This document shows positions 21,851 to 31,934 of a stretch of 64,000 nt of DNA, in pieces; positions within the stretch are counted from its first letter, which is position 1; each line of letters opens with the position of its first letter. The notes under the pieces were generated by a model, which saw only the letters and a list, made by a program, of their open reading frames with translations, had not been told where the DNA came from and ran no database searches. The DNA comes from a phage, in sequence record OZ335960.1. One strand, given 5' to 3'. The translations under genes and the position numbers were made by a program.

Positions 21851-21912
21851 ATGAACCTCGTTCAATTAGTGAGATTTCTATTATATACTATCCAAATCTT
21901 AAAGTAAACAAG

Positions 21913-21920
21913 TATAAATA
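21913..21920 (+). promoter_or_regulatory. late promoter (TATAAATA) for gene 34
   Basis: Exact TATAAATA about 35 nt before the gene 34 RBS GGAG. Confidence 0.65.
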
Positions 21921-21954
21921 CTTATTATTGAAAACACAATAGGAGCCCGGGAGA

Positions 21955-24900
21955 ATGGCCGAGATTAAAAGAAAGTTCAGAGCAGAAGATGGTCTGGACG
22001 CAGGTGGCGATAAAATAATCAACGTAGCTTTAGCTGATCGTGCCGTAGGAACTGACGGTGTTAACGTTGATTACCTAATTCAAGAAAACACAGTTCAACA
22101 ATACGATCCAACTCGTGGATATTTAAAAGATTTTGTAATCATTTATGATAACCGCTTTTGGGCTGCTATAAATGATATTCCAAAACCAGCGGGAGCTTTT
22201 AATAGCGTACGTTGGAGAGCATTACGTACTGATGCAAACTGGACAACTGTTTCGTCAGGACCTTATCAATTAAAGTCAGGTGAATCAATTTCAGTTAATA
22301 CTGCAGCAGGAAATGATATCACATTTACTTTGCCAACTTCTCCAATTGATGGAGATACTATCGTTCTTCAAGATATTGGTGGAAAACCTGGAGTTAACCA
22401 AGTTTTAATTACCGCTCCAGTGCAAAGCATTGTAAATTTTAGAGGTCAGCAAGTACGATCAGTATTAATGACCCATCCAAAATCACAGATAGTTTTAATT
22501 TTTAGTAATCGTCTGTGGCAAATGTATGTTGCTGATTATAGCAGAGAAGCTGTAATTGTGACGCCAGCAAGTCTCTATCAGGCGCAGTCAAACGATTTTA
22601 TCGTACGCAGATTTACTTCTGCTGCTGCAATTAATATTAAACTTCCTAGATTTGCTAATCATGGCGATATTATTAATTTCGTTGATTTAGATAAATTAAA
22701 TCCTCTTTATCATACAATTGTCACGACATATGATGAAACAACTTCAGTACAAGAAGTTGGAACTCATTCTATTGAAGGTCGTACATCGATTGATGGTTTC
22801 TTGATGTATGATGATAATGAGAAATTATGGAGATTATTTGACGGGGATAGTAAAGCACGTTTACGCGTTATAACAACTAATTCTAATATTCGTCCAAACG
22901 AAGAAGTTATGGTATTTGGTGCGAATAATGGAACAACTCAAACAATTGAACTTCAGCTTCCGACCGATATTTCCATTGGCGATACTGTTAAAATTTCCAT
23001 GAATTACATGAGAAAAGGCCAAACAGTTAAAATAAAAGCTGCCGGTGAAGATAAAATTGCTTCTTCAGTTCAATTGCTGCAATTCCCAAAACGTTCAGAA
23101 TATCCACCTGAAGCTGAATGGGTGACTGTTCAAGAATTAGTTTTTAACGGTGAAACTAATTATGTTCCAGTTTTACAACTTGCTTATATCGAAGATTCTG
23201 ACGGAAAATACTGGGTTGTACAGCAAAACGTTCCAACTGTAGAAAGAGTTGATTCTTTAAATGATTCTACTAGAGCAAGATTAGGCGTGATTGCTTTAGC
23301 TACACAAGCTCAAGCTAACGTCGATTTAGAAAATTCTCCACAAAAAGAATTAGCAATTACTCCAGAAACATTAGCTAACCGTACTGCTACAGAAACTCGT
23401 AGAGGTATCGCAAGAATAGCAACCACTGCTCAAGTGAACCAGGACACTACATTCTCTTTTGCTGATGATATTATCATCACTCCTAAAAAGCTGAATGAAA
23501 GAACTGCTACAGAAACTCGTAGAGGTGTTGCTGAAATTGCTACGCAACAAGAAACTAATACAGGTACTGATGATACTACAATCATCACTCCTAAAAAGCT
23601 TCAAGCTCGACAAGGTTCTGAATCATTATCGGGTATTGTAACCTTTGTATCTACCGCGGGAGCTACTCCAGCTTCTAGTCGTGAATTAAATGGTACAAAT
23701 GTTTACAATAAAAACACTAATAATTTAGTTGTTTCGCCTAAAGCTCTGGATCAGTATAAAGCTACTCCAACACAGCAAGGCGCAGTAATTTTAGCAGTTG
23801 AAAGTGAAGTAATTGCTGGACAGAGTCAAGAAGGATGGGCAAATGCGGTTGTAACGCCAGAAACGTTACATAAAAAGACATCAACTGATGGAAGAATTGG
23901 TTTAATTGAAATTGCTACGCAAAGTGAAGTTAATACAGGAACTGATTATACTCGTGCAGTCACTCCTAAAACTTTAAATGACCGTAAAGCAACTGAAAGT
24001 TTAAGTGGTATAGCTGAAATTGCTACGCAAGTTGAATTCGACGCAGGCGTCGACGATACTCGTATCTCTACACCATTAAAAATTAAAACCAGATTTAATA
24101 GTACTGATCGTACTTCTGTTGTTGCTCTATCTGGATTAGTTGAATCAGGAACTCTCTGGGACCATTATACCCTTAATATTCTTGAAGCAAATGAGACACA
24201 GCGTGGTACACTTCGTGTAGCTACACAAGTTGAAGCTGCTGCAGGGACATTAGATAATGTTCTAATAACTCCTAAAAAGCTTTTAGGTACTAAATCTACT
24301 GAAGCGCAAGAAGGCGTTATTAAAGTTGCAACTCAAGTTGAAACTGTAGCTGGAACGTCAGCAAATACTGCTGTATCTCCAAAAAATTTAAAATGGATTG
24401 TACAGAGTGAACCTACTTGGGCAGCAACTACTTTGATAAGAGGTTTTGTTAAAACTTCATCTGGTTCAATTACATTCGTCGGTAATGATACCGTTGGTTC
24501 AACACAGTCATTAGAATTATACGAGAAAAATAGCTATGCAGTATCTCCATATGAATTAAACCGTGTATTAGCAAATTATTTGCCGTTAAAGGCAAAAGCT
24601 GCTGACACGAATTTATTGGATGGTCTAGATTCATCCCAGTTCATTCGTAGGGATATTGCGCAGACGGTTAATGGTTCACTAACCTTAACTCAACAAACGA
24701 ATCTGAGTGCCCCTCTTGTATCATCTAGTACTGCTACGTTTGGTGGATCAGTTTCGGCAAATAGTACACTAACTATTTCTAATACTGGAACAGCAACTAA
24801 ATTGATTTTTGAGAAAGGACCTCAAACTGGAACGAACCCAGCGCAGACGATGACTGTCAAAGTGTGGGGAAATCAATTTAGTGGGGAATCAGATACAACA

Positions 24901-25824
24901 CGTTCTACTGTATTTGAAGTTAGTGATGAAACGTCTAGTCATTTTTATTCTCAGCGCAATAAAGCTGGTAATATAACATTTAATATCAACGGTACAGTAA
25001 CTCCGATAAATGTTAATGCTTCAGGAACATTGAATGCAAATGGTGTAGCAACATTTGGTAATTCAGTCACTGCAAGTGGTGAAATTATTTCTCGAAGCGC
25101 AAATGCTTTCCGTGCTATTAACGGAAATTATGGTTTTATTGTTCGCAATGACGGGTCAGTAACGAATTTTATGCTTACTGCATCGGGCGATCAGACTGGT
25201 GGATTTAATGGATTACGTCCATTAACTATTAATAATGCATCTGGTCAAGTAACGATTGGTGAAAGCTTAATCATTGCCAAAGGTGCTACTATAAATTCAG
25301 GTGGTTTAACTGTTAACTCGAGAATTCGTTCTCAGGGTACTAAAACATCTGATTTATATACCCGTGCGCCAACATCTGATACTGTAGGATTCTGGTCAAT
25401 CGATATTAATGATTCAGCTACTTATAACCAGTTCCCAGGTTATTTTAAAATGGTTGAAAAAACTAATGAAGTGACTGGACTTCCATACTTAGAACGTGGC
25501 GAAGAAGTTAAATCTCCTGGTACATTGACTCAGTTTGGTAACACACTCGATTCGCTTTACCAAGATTGGATTACTTATCCAACGACTCCAGAAGCACGTA
25601 CCACTCGCTGGACACGTACATGGCAGAAAACCAAAAACTCTTGGTCAAGTTTTGTTCAGGTATTTGATGGAGGTAACCCTCCTCAACCGTCTGATATCGG
25701 TGCTTTACCATCTGATAATGCTACAATGGGGAATCTTACTATTCGTGATTTCTTACGAATTGGTAATGTTCGCATTATTCCTGACCCAGTGAATAAAACG
25801 GTTAAATTTGAATGGGTTGAATAA
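21955..25824 (+). CDS. 34: long tail fibre proximal subunit gp34
   Basis: 1289 aa; late promoter TATAAATA at 21913; near-identical to recalled T4 gp34 over long stretches. Confidence 0.95.
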   Translation: MAEIKRKFRAEDGLDAGGDKIINVALADRAVGTDGVNVDYLIQENTVQQYDPTRGYLKDFVIIYDNRFWAAINDIPKPAGAFNSVRWRALRTDANWTTVSSGPYQLKSGESISVNTAAGNDITFTLPTSPIDGDTIVLQDIGGKPGVNQVLITAPVQSIVNFRGQQVRSVLMTHPKSQIVLIFSNRLWQMYVADYSREAVIVTPASLYQAQSNDFIVRRFTSAAAINIKLPRFANHGDIINFVDLDKLNPLYHTIVTTYDETTSVQEVGTHSIEGRTSIDGFLMYDDNEKLWRLFDGDSKARLRVITTNSNIRPNEEVMVFGANNGTTQTIELQLPTDISIGDTVKISMNYMRKGQTVKIKAAGEDKIASSVQLLQFPKRSEYPPEAEWVTVQELVFNGETNYVPVLQLAYIEDSDGKYWVVQQNVPTVERVDSLNDSTRARLGVIALATQAQANVDLENSPQKELAITPETLANRTATETRRGIARIATTAQVNQDTTFSFADDIIITPKKLNERTATETRRGVAEIATQQETNTGTDDTTIITPKKLQARQGSESLSGIVTFVSTAGATPASSRELNGTNVYNKNTNNLVVSPKALDQYKATPTQQGAVILAVESEVIAGQSQEGWANAVVTPETLHKKTSTDGRIGLIEIATQSEVNTGTDYTRAVTPKTLNDRKATESLSGIAEIATQVEFDAGVDDTRISTPLKIKTRFNSTDRTSVVALSGLVESGTLWDHYTLNILEANETQRGTLRVATQVEAAAGTLDNVLITPKKLLGTKSTEAQEGVIKVATQVETVAGTSANTAVSPKNLKWIVQSEPTWAATTLIRGFVKTSSGSITFVGNDTVGSTQSLELYEKNSYAVSPYELNRVLANYLPLKAKAADTNLLDGLDSSQFIRRDIAQTVNGSLTLTQQTNLSAPLVSSSTATFGGSVSANSTLTISNTGTATKLIFEKGPQTGTNPAQTMTVKVWGNQFSGESDTTRSTVFEVSDETSSHFYSQRNKAGNITFNINGTVTPINVNASGTLNANGVATFGNSVTASGEIISRSANAFRAINGNYGFIVRNDGSVTNFMLTASGDQTGGFNGLRPLTINNASGQVTIGESLIIAKGATINSGGLTVNSRIRSQGTKTSDLYTRAPTSDTVGFWSIDINDSATYNQFPGYFKMVEKTNEVTGLPYLERGEEVKSPGTLTQFGNTLDSLYQDWITYPTTPEARTTRWTRTWQKTKNSWSSFVQVFDGGNPPQPSDIGALPSDNATMGNLTIRDFLRIGNVRIIPDPVNKTVKFEWVE
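23383..23600 (+). repeat. internal direct repeats in gene 34
   Basis: Identical 24-mer ACTGCTACAGAAACTCGTAGAGGT at 23383 and 23503; ATCATCACTCCTAAAAAGCT at 23473 and 23581; encode repeated TATETRRG and IITPKKL peptide motifs. Confidence 0.6.
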
Positions 25825-25832
25825 GAGGTATT

Positions 25833-26948
25833 ATGGAAAAATTTATGGCAGAGTTTGGACAAGGATATGTCCAAACGCCATTTTTATCGGAAAGTAATTC
25901 AGTAAGATATAAAATAAGTATAGCGGGTTCTTGCCCGCTTTCTACGGCAGGACCATATGTTAAATTTCAGGATAATCTTGTCGGAAGTCAAACATTTAGC
26001 GCAGGTCTTCATTTAAGAGTTTTTGATCCTTCCACCGGAGCATTAGTTGACAGTAAGTCATATGCTTTTTCGACTTCAAATGATACTACATCAGCTGCTT
26101 TTGTTAGTTTCATGAATTCTTTTTCAAACAACAGACTTGTTGCTATATTAACTAATGGAAAGGTTAATTTTCCTCCTGAGGTAGTATCTTGGCTAAGAGC
26201 TGCAGGAACGTCTGCTTTTCCATCTGATTCTATATTGTCAAGATTTGACGTATCATATGCTGCCTTTTATACTTCTTCCAAAAGAGCTATTGCATTAGAA
26301 CACGTTAAACTAAGTAATAGAAAAAGCACAGATGACTATCAAACTATTTTAGATGTTGTATTTGACAGTTTAGAAGACGTTGGAGCTACAGGATTTCCTA
26401 AAAGAACATACGAAAGCGTTGAGCAATTTATGTCAGCAGTCGGTGGAACTAATAACGAAATTGCACGTTTACCAACTTCATCTGCGATAAGTAAACTCTC
26501 TGATTATAATTTAATTCCTGGCGATGTTCTTTATCTTAAAGCGCAGTTATATGCTGACGCAGATTTACTTGCGCTTGGAACTACAAATGTATCAATCCGT
26601 TTTTATGATGAATCGAATGGATATATTTCTTCAACACATGCCGAGTTTACTGGACAAGCTGGGTCATGGGAATTAAAGGAAGATTATGTAGTTATTCCAG
26701 AAAATGCAGTAGGATTTACGATATATGCACAAAGAACTGCACAAGCAGGTCAAGGCGGCATGAGAAATTTAAGCTTTTCTGAAGTATCAAGAAATGGTGG
26801 AATTTCAAAACCTGCTGAATTTGGCGTCAATGGTATTCGAGTTAATTATGTCTGTGAATCTGCTTCACCTCCGGATATAATGGTACTTCCTACGCAAGCA
26901 TCGTCTAAAACTGGTAAAGTGTTTGGACAAGAATTTAGAGAAGTTTAA
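25833..26948 (+). CDS. 35: long tail fibre hinge (knee) protein gp35
   Basis: 371 aa; RBS AAGAGGT; follows gene 34. Confidence 0.9.
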   Translation: MEKFMAEFGQGYVQTPFLSESNSVRYKISIAGSCPLSTAGPYVKFQDNLVGSQTFSAGLHLRVFDPSTGALVDSKSYAFSTSNDTTSAAFVSFMNSFSNNRLVAILTNGKVNFPPEVVSWLRAAGTSAFPSDSILSRFDVSYAAFYTSSKRAIALEHVKLSNRKSTDDYQTILDVVFDSLEDVGATGFPKRTYESVEQFMSAVGGTNNEIARLPTSSAISKLSDYNLIPGDVLYLKAQLYADADLLALGTTNVSIRFYDESNGYISSTHAEFTGQAGSWELKEDYVVIPENAVGFTIYAQRTAQAGQGGMRNLSFSEVSRNGGISKPAEFGVNGIRVNYVCESASPPDIMVLPTQASSKTGKVFGQEFREV

Positions 26949-26953
26949 ATTGA

Positions 26954-26979
26954 GGGAGCCTTCGGGTTCCCTTTTTCTT
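26954..26979 (+). terminator. rho-independent terminator after gene 35
   Basis: GGGAGCC-UUCG-GGUUCCC followed by UUUUUCUUU. Confidence 0.6.
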
Positions 26980-26987
26980 TATAAATA
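26980..26987 (+). promoter_or_regulatory. late promoter (TATAAATACTATT) for genes 36-37-38
   Basis: Exact TATAAATA with the extended late consensus, directly after the terminator. Confidence 0.6.
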
Positions 26988-27010
26988 CTATTAAAATAAA
27001 GGGGCATACA

Positions 27011-27667
27011 ATGGCTGATTTAAAAGTAGGTTCAACAACTGGAGGCTCTGTCATTTGGCATCAAGGAAATTTTCCATTGAATCCAGCCGGTGACGATGTA
27101 CTCTATAAATCATTTAAAATATATTCAGAATATAATAAACCACAAGCTGCTGATAACGATTTCGTTTCTAAAGCTAATGGTGGTACGTATTTAAATAAAG
27201 TAATTTTTAATAAAGGAATGACTGTTCCTGGTGCAGGGTCAGGTGACAATGGTATTTTTGCTGGTCCTGGTGATAATGCCACGTATGATACTACAAATAT
27301 GGATATTGTTTCATGGTATGGTATTGGTTTTAAATCATCGCAGGGTTCAGCAGGTAGAACTGTAGTAATTAACACACGAAATGGAGATATTAGCTCAAAG
27401 GGTGTAATTGAAGCATCACAAATACGCGCAACTTCATTATCTCCAGTAAATAATTATGACCTTACGCGGAAAGATTATGTCGATGGAGCAATAAATATTG
27501 TTACAGCAAACGCAAACTCTAGGGTATTACGCTCTGGAGACACTATGACAGGTAACTTAACCGCGCCAAACCTTTTTTCACAGAATCCTGCATCTCAACC
27601 CTCACATGTTCCACGATTTGATCAAATTGTTATTAAGGATTCTGTTCAAGATTTCGGCTATTATTAA
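27011..27667 (+). CDS. 36: long tail fibre distal connector gp36
   Basis: 218 aa; late promoter at 26980 and terminator hairpin of gene 35 upstream. Confidence 0.9.
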   Translation: MADLKVGSTTGGSVIWHQGNFPLNPAGDDVLYKSFKIYSEYNKPQAADNDFVSKANGGTYLNKVIFNKGMTVPGAGSGDNGIFAGPGDNATYDTTNMDIVSWYGIGFKSSQGSAGRTVVINTRNGDISSKGVIEASQIRATSLSPVNNYDLTRKDYVDGAINIVTANANSRVLRSGDTMTGNLTAPNLFSQNPASQPSHVPRFDQIVIKDSVQDFGYY

Positions 27668-27675
27668 GAGGACTT

Positions 27676-29125
27676 ATGGCTACTTTAAAACAAATACAAT
27701 TTAAAAGAAGCAAAACCGCAGGAGCACGTCCTGCCGCTTCAGTATTAGCCGAAGGTGAATTGGCTATAAACTTAAAAGACCGCGTACTTTTTACTAAAGA
27801 CGACCAAGGAAATATCATTGATCTTGGTTTTGCTAAGGGCGGTAGTATTGACGGGAATGTTATTCATATAGGAAACTATAATCAAACTGGTGATTATACT
27901 TTAAATGGCACCTTCACTCAGACGGGTAATTTTAATTTAATCGGTATTGCTCGAGTAACTCGCGATATTATTGCCGCCGGGCAGATTATGACCGAAGGCG
28001 GAGAACTTATTACAAAAAGTTCAGGTACATCACATGTTCGTTTTTTCGATAGCAATAGCCGCGAGCGCGGAATCATTTATTCTCCTGCTAATGATGGATT
28101 AACTACACAAGTACTTAATATCAGGGTTCAAGACTACGCCGCTGGTAGCGAAAGCACCTATGCATTTTCAGGCAATGGCCTATTTACTTCACCTGAAGTA
28201 TCAGCATGGAAATCTATGTCAACTCCTCAGATTTTGACCGATAAAGTTATTACAGATGGGAAGAAGACAGGCGATTATGACATCTATTCATTAGCAAATA
28301 ACACTCCATTGGCAGAAAGCGAAACGGCTATTAACCACCTCCGTGTTATGCGAAATGCCGTAGGATCTGGTATATTCCATGAAGTTAAAGATAACGACGG
28401 GATAACCTGGTACGCCGGTGACGGATTAGATGCCTATCTTTGGTCGTTTACCTGGTCCGGTGGATTGAAAGCAGGCCATTCTATTTCTATAGGTCTTCCG
28501 GGCGGCTCTAAAGGATATTCTGAATTAGGGACTGCTTCGATTGCTCTTGGTGATAATGATACTTGGTGATAATGATACTGGTTTAGTCCATGGCGGTGAT
28601 GGCCGAATCAATATGGTTGCCAATGGTATACATATTGCAAACTGGGGCGCAGGCTATCAATCTCATCCTGGGCTTTGGGATTCAACCGGTGCTTTTTGGA
28701 CAGAAGTTGGAAGAGCTATCGTTTCTCATGGGCATCTCGTTCAGGCAAATGATAGTTATTCAACGTTTGTCCGTGATGTTTATGTCCGTTCTGATATTCG
28801 CGTTAAAAAAGACCTCGTTAAATTTGAAAATGCTTCTCAGAAGCTTTCTAAAATTAACGGTTACACTTATATGCAGAAGCGAGGCCTAGATGGAGAAGGT
28901 AATCAGAAATGGGAACCTAACGCTGGTTTAATTGCTCAAGAAGTTCAAGCTATTTTACCAGAATTAGTTGAAGGCGACCCTGATGGCGAAGCTTTACTTC
29001 GTTTGAACTATAACGGTGTAATTGGTTTAAATACAGCTGCAATCAATGAGCATACCGCAGAAATTGCAGAACTTAAATCAGAAATCGAAGAACTTAAAGC
29101 ATTAGTTAAATCGTTGTTAAAATAA
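27676..29125 (+). pseudogene. 37: long tail fibre distal subunit gp37, frameshifted by a 16-bp tandem duplication; C-terminal intramolecular-chaperone-like domain
   Basis: N-terminal frame 27676-28569 (297 aa, MATLKQIQFKRSK... conserved gp37 N-terminus) ends at TGA created by the duplication; the +1 frame continues LGDNDTGLVHGG... to 29125 and ends with an SDIRVKKD...GLIAQEVQ... domain. Confidence 0.7.
28547..28578 (+). repeat. perfect 16-bp tandem duplication (TTGGTGATAATGATAC x2) inside gene 37
   Basis: Copy 1 at 28547-28562, copy 2 at 28563-28578; creates in-frame TGA at 28567-28569. Confidence 0.9.
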
Positions 29126-29156
29126 TAAGAGGGGCTTCGGTCCCTTGGAGGTTTAT

Positions 29157-29951
29157 ATGGCAGTTGAAGGACCGTGGGTAGGATGGTCTGCAGTAGTTAA
29201 TACAGGACAAAATTGGATGGGTGGTGCGGCCCAACGATTAAGAATGGGCATTCCGTTCTGGATGAGTAATATGATAGGTCGATCCGTTGAAGTAATTCAC
29301 ACACTTGGAGCAGACCATAACTTCAATGGTCAATGGTTCCGAGATAGATGTTTTGAGGCAGGTAGTGCACCCATAGTGTTTAATATCACAGGAAATTTGG
29401 TATCATATTCTAGAGATGTTCCTTTATTCTTCATGTATGGAGATACACCAAATGAATATGTTCAGTTGAATATTAGCGGTGGAGCTCATATGTGGGGCAG
29501 AGGTGGACAAGGTGGGTGGACTCATTCTGGTGGAGATGGTAATGGTCAACAGGGTGGACATTGTATTCAAAATGACATTGGTGGTCGATTAAGAATTAAT
29601 AATGGTGGAGTAATTTGTGGCGGCGGTGGCGGCGGTGGCGGCATCGCTTATCGTCCTCACTCTGGTGCAAACTGGCAAGATATTGGTGGCGGTGGAGGAA
29701 GACCATTTGGCCCAGGAGGTGGCGGTGGTTATTCAGGAGGTGCTGCTTCTTATGACGGTCCAGGAGGCGGTTATAATTATGGTAATGCTCACTCTGGACA
29801 GGGTGGTGATGCTGGCGGAAATGGACAAAATGCCTGGTATGATGGTGGTAAAGTTCTAAAAGTTGGCGCTGGCGGGGCTGCAGGTTATGCTGTAATAGGG
29901 TCTGCTCCAACATGGCAAAATGTTGGAATAATATATGGTCCAAGAGTATAA
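29157..29951 (+). CDS. 38: T2-type receptor-binding adhesin gp38 with glycine-rich motifs
   Basis: Track ORF starts at TTG 29145; ATG at 29157 with GGAGG RBS gives 264 aa; conserved N-terminal attachment region then poly-Gly runs (GGGGGGGG, GGGGG) separating variable segments. Confidence 0.8.
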   Translation: MAVEGPWVGWSAVVNTGQNWMGGAAQRLRMGIPFWMSNMIGRSVEVIHTLGADHNFNGQWFRDRCFEAGSAPIVFNITGNLVSYSRDVPLFFMYGDTPNEYVQLNISGGAHMWGRGGQGGWTHSGGDGNGQQGGHCIQNDIGGRLRINNGGVICGGGGGGGGIAYRPHSGANWQDIGGGGGRPFGPGGGGGYSGGAASYDGPGGGYNYGNAHSGQGGDAGGNGQNAWYDGGKVLKVGAGGAAGYAVIGSAPTWQNVGIIYGPRV

Positions 29952-29982
29952 TTTTGAATAAATATCCTTAAAAGGAGGGTCT

Positions 29983-30639
29983 ATGGCAGCACCTAGAATA
30001 TCATTTTCGCCCTCTGATATTCTGTTTGGTGTTCTAGATCGCTTGTTCAAAGATAACGCTACCGGGAAAGTTCTTGCTTCCCGGGTAGCTGTCGTAATTC
30101 TTTTGTTTATAATGGCGATTGTTTGGTATAGGGGAGATAGTTTCTTTGAGTACTATAAGCAATCAAAGTATGAAACATACAGTGAAATTATTGAAAAGGA
30201 AAGAAATGCACGCTTTGAATCTGTCGCCCTGGAACAACTCCAGATAGTTCATATATCATCTGAGGCAGACTTTAGTGCGGTGTATTCTTTCCGCCCTAAA
30301 AACTTAAACTATTTTGTTGATATTATAGCATATGAAGGAAAATTACCTTCAACAATAAGTGAAAAATCACTTGGAGGATATCCTGTTGATAAAACTATGG
30401 ATGAATATGCAGTTCATTTAAATGGACGTCATTATTATTCCAACTCAAAATTTGCTTTTTTACCAACCAAAAAGCCTACTCCCGAAATAAATTACATGTA
30501 CAGTTGTCCATATTTCAATTTGGATAATATCTATGCTGGAACAATAACCATGTACTGGTATAGAAATGATCATATAAGTAATGACCGCCTTGAATCAATA
30601 TGTGCTCAGGCGGCCAGAATATTAGGAAGGGCTAAATAA
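29983..30639 (+). CDS. t: holin
   Basis: 218 aa; single N-terminal TM segment and large C-terminal domain; RBS AAGGAGGG. Confidence 0.9.
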   Translation: MAAPRISFSPSDILFGVLDRLFKDNATGKVLASRVAVVILLFIMAIVWYRGDSFFEYYKQSKYETYSEIIEKERNARFESVALEQLQIVHISSEADFSAVYSFRPKNLNYFVDIIAYEGKLPSTISEKSLGGYPVDKTMDEYAVHLNGRHYYSNSKFAFLPTKKPTPEINYMYSCPYFNLDNIYAGTITMYWYRNDHISNDRLESICAQAARILGRAK

Positions 30640-30912
30640 TTATTTGTTCGTATACATCTCTAGATATCGATATACACCCTCAAAACCCTCGTTGAATTCG
30701 TCGATGAGGGTTTTCTTATCTTCTTGAGTTAATTCAGAAACAATTTTACGGAATGAATTCTGATTTAACTTTCTACCTTCATGCGTTACTCCAATCTCAT
30801 TCAGAAATGCAATAAAATTAGCGCGATTCTCAACAATATCTTCTCTGGAAAATTTAATCAAAATAGACGCAACAGTAATAATTTCACGAACTGTATCAAT
30901 ATTTTTATTCAT
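30640..30912 (-). CDS. asiA: anti-sigma-70 factor AsiA
   Basis: 90 aa; matches recalled T4 AsiA; convergent with and abutting t. Confidence 0.9.
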   Translation of the reverse strand: MNKNIDTVREIITVASILIKFSREDIVENRANFIAFLNEIGVTHEGRKLNQNSFRKIVSELTQEDKKTLIDEFNEGFEGVYRYLEMYTNK

Positions 30913-30924
30913 TAACTATACCAC

Positions 30925-31077
30925 TCAATTAGTTGACTTTGTTATAATATCATCAGACGCTTGATTTGTAAACTGGTCTGTGGTATTTTCTTCAAAAATT
31001 TTTTCTACGAATTCCTTGAACGACTTACGTTCCTGAGCTACATTATGCTCGATTACTTTTTCAAGATTATGACTCAT
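30925..31077 (-). CDS. small hypothetical protein (below track cutoff)
   Basis: Hand translation MSHNLEKVIEHNVAQERKSFKEF... 50 aa; ATGA overlap with the arn stop; contains the asiA promoter in its 3' part, so coding status is uncertain. Confidence 0.3.
   Translation of the reverse strand: MSHNLEKVIEHNVAQERKSFKEFVEKIFEENTTDQFTNQASDDIITKSTN
30944..30972 (-). promoter_or_regulatory. T4-type early promoter for asiA
   Basis: Minus strand GTTTACA, 17 nt, TATTAT about 30 nt before the asiA start. Confidence 0.55.
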
Positions 31078-31352
31078 TCGAAATAATCTTCAATTTCATA
31101 ATCAAGGACATAAATCATTATAGTTTTTAATACATCATCAATACTTTTTCCTGGAGCTGGAATTACGTAAAAATATCCTGCTTTTGAGAGGTCTTTATAA
31201 GTTCCAACCAAGAAATCATTATTCTCGAGATGTAGTTCTTCAACTAATTCATTAACAATTGAGTTGTATAAATTTGGTAGAAACTTATATAGCTTTTCTA
31301 GAATATCAATTTTGATTGTGTATTGAACCACAGATTGAGAATCAATAATCAT
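31074..31352 (-). CDS. arn: Arn anti-restriction protein (McrBC inhibitor)
   Basis: 92 aa, strongly acidic; RBS AAGGGGAAGG; matches recalled T4 Arn. Confidence 0.8.
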   Translation of the reverse strand: MIIDSQSVVQYTIKIDILEKLYKFLPNLYNSIVNELVEELHLENNDFLVGTYKDLSKAGYFYVIPAPGKSIDDVLKTIMIYVLDYEIEDYFE

Positions 31353-31435
31353 AGACCTTCCCCTTATGTTTCTGTTTGCGATTAGATTCTTTAAACGCTT
31401 TCTTCTTATCTTTATGGACAGAAGCTTTATTAAAA

Positions 31436-31654
31436 TTATGTTTTGCGACTAAATTGTTCATAGTGCTGAATTACCTCTCTCAAACATTTGCATGTGAATG
31501 AAAACTTTTTAGCTACACCACATTCAAATATATGTTCTCTTAAATCACGTGTGTCAGTATATCCCATCTCAACAATAAAATGCCGTATTAGATTTTTATC
31601 TTTATCATTGAGAGAATTAAAATAATCGGATTTTGAATTAATTTCCCTGGCCAA
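31436..31654 (-). CDS. hypothetical protein
   Basis: ORF track 72 aa. Confidence 0.4.
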   Translation of the reverse strand: MAREINSKSDYFNSLNDKDKNLIRHFIVEMGYTDTRDLREHIFECGVAKKFSFTCKCLREVIQHYEQFSRKT

Positions 31655-31934
31655 ATTGAATCACCTTCAGTTGACGTTTTAGTTCTTTTATCATCTCTTC
31701 GTTCATCGCAATATAAAGATCGCGTAAAGCAGGTTTTAGCATTCCATTTACTGGAGAACTAAATGGACATACATAATCTTTTCCTACGAGCTTTTTAGTG
31801 AATTCCATGTCACAGAACTGAAATGCCGGTTCATTGGCATAAATTCCCCAATTAGTTGACATCATTTTATTGGCATATTCCAACGCCTGGATTTGATTCA
31901 TAATTCCGTCAATTTGAAACTTTTTAATATTCAT
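31638..31934 (-). CDS. hypothetical protein
   Basis: ORF track 98 aa. Confidence 0.45.
   Translation of the reverse strand: MNIKKFQIDGIMNQIQALEYANKMMSTNWGIYANEPAFQFCDMEFTKKLVGKDYVCPFSSPVNGMLKPALRDLYIAMNEEMIKELKRQLKVIQFGQGN

Noticed and set aside
23371-23613. Antisense ORFs from the track lying inside large well-supported genes (for example 23371-23613 in gene 34, 7028-7504 in pseT, 18876-19355 in gene 32, 29596-29943 and 29617-29859 in gene 38, 12513-12881 in nrdA, 57837-58143 in gene 41)
   Set aside because: They are fully embedded in, and antisense or out of frame to, genes with strong motif support; composition-driven shadow ORFs with no RBS.
25535-25874. Small track ORFs at the gene 34/35 junction (25535-25792 plus strand, 25683-25874 minus strand)
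   Set aside because: They overlap the 3' end of gene 34 and the start of gene 35 in alternative frames and have no RBS.
29560-29830. Poly-GGC/GGT run in gene 38 as a low-complexity artefact or microsatellite
   Set aside because: It is in frame and encodes the poly-glycine motifs characteristic of gp38-type adhesins.
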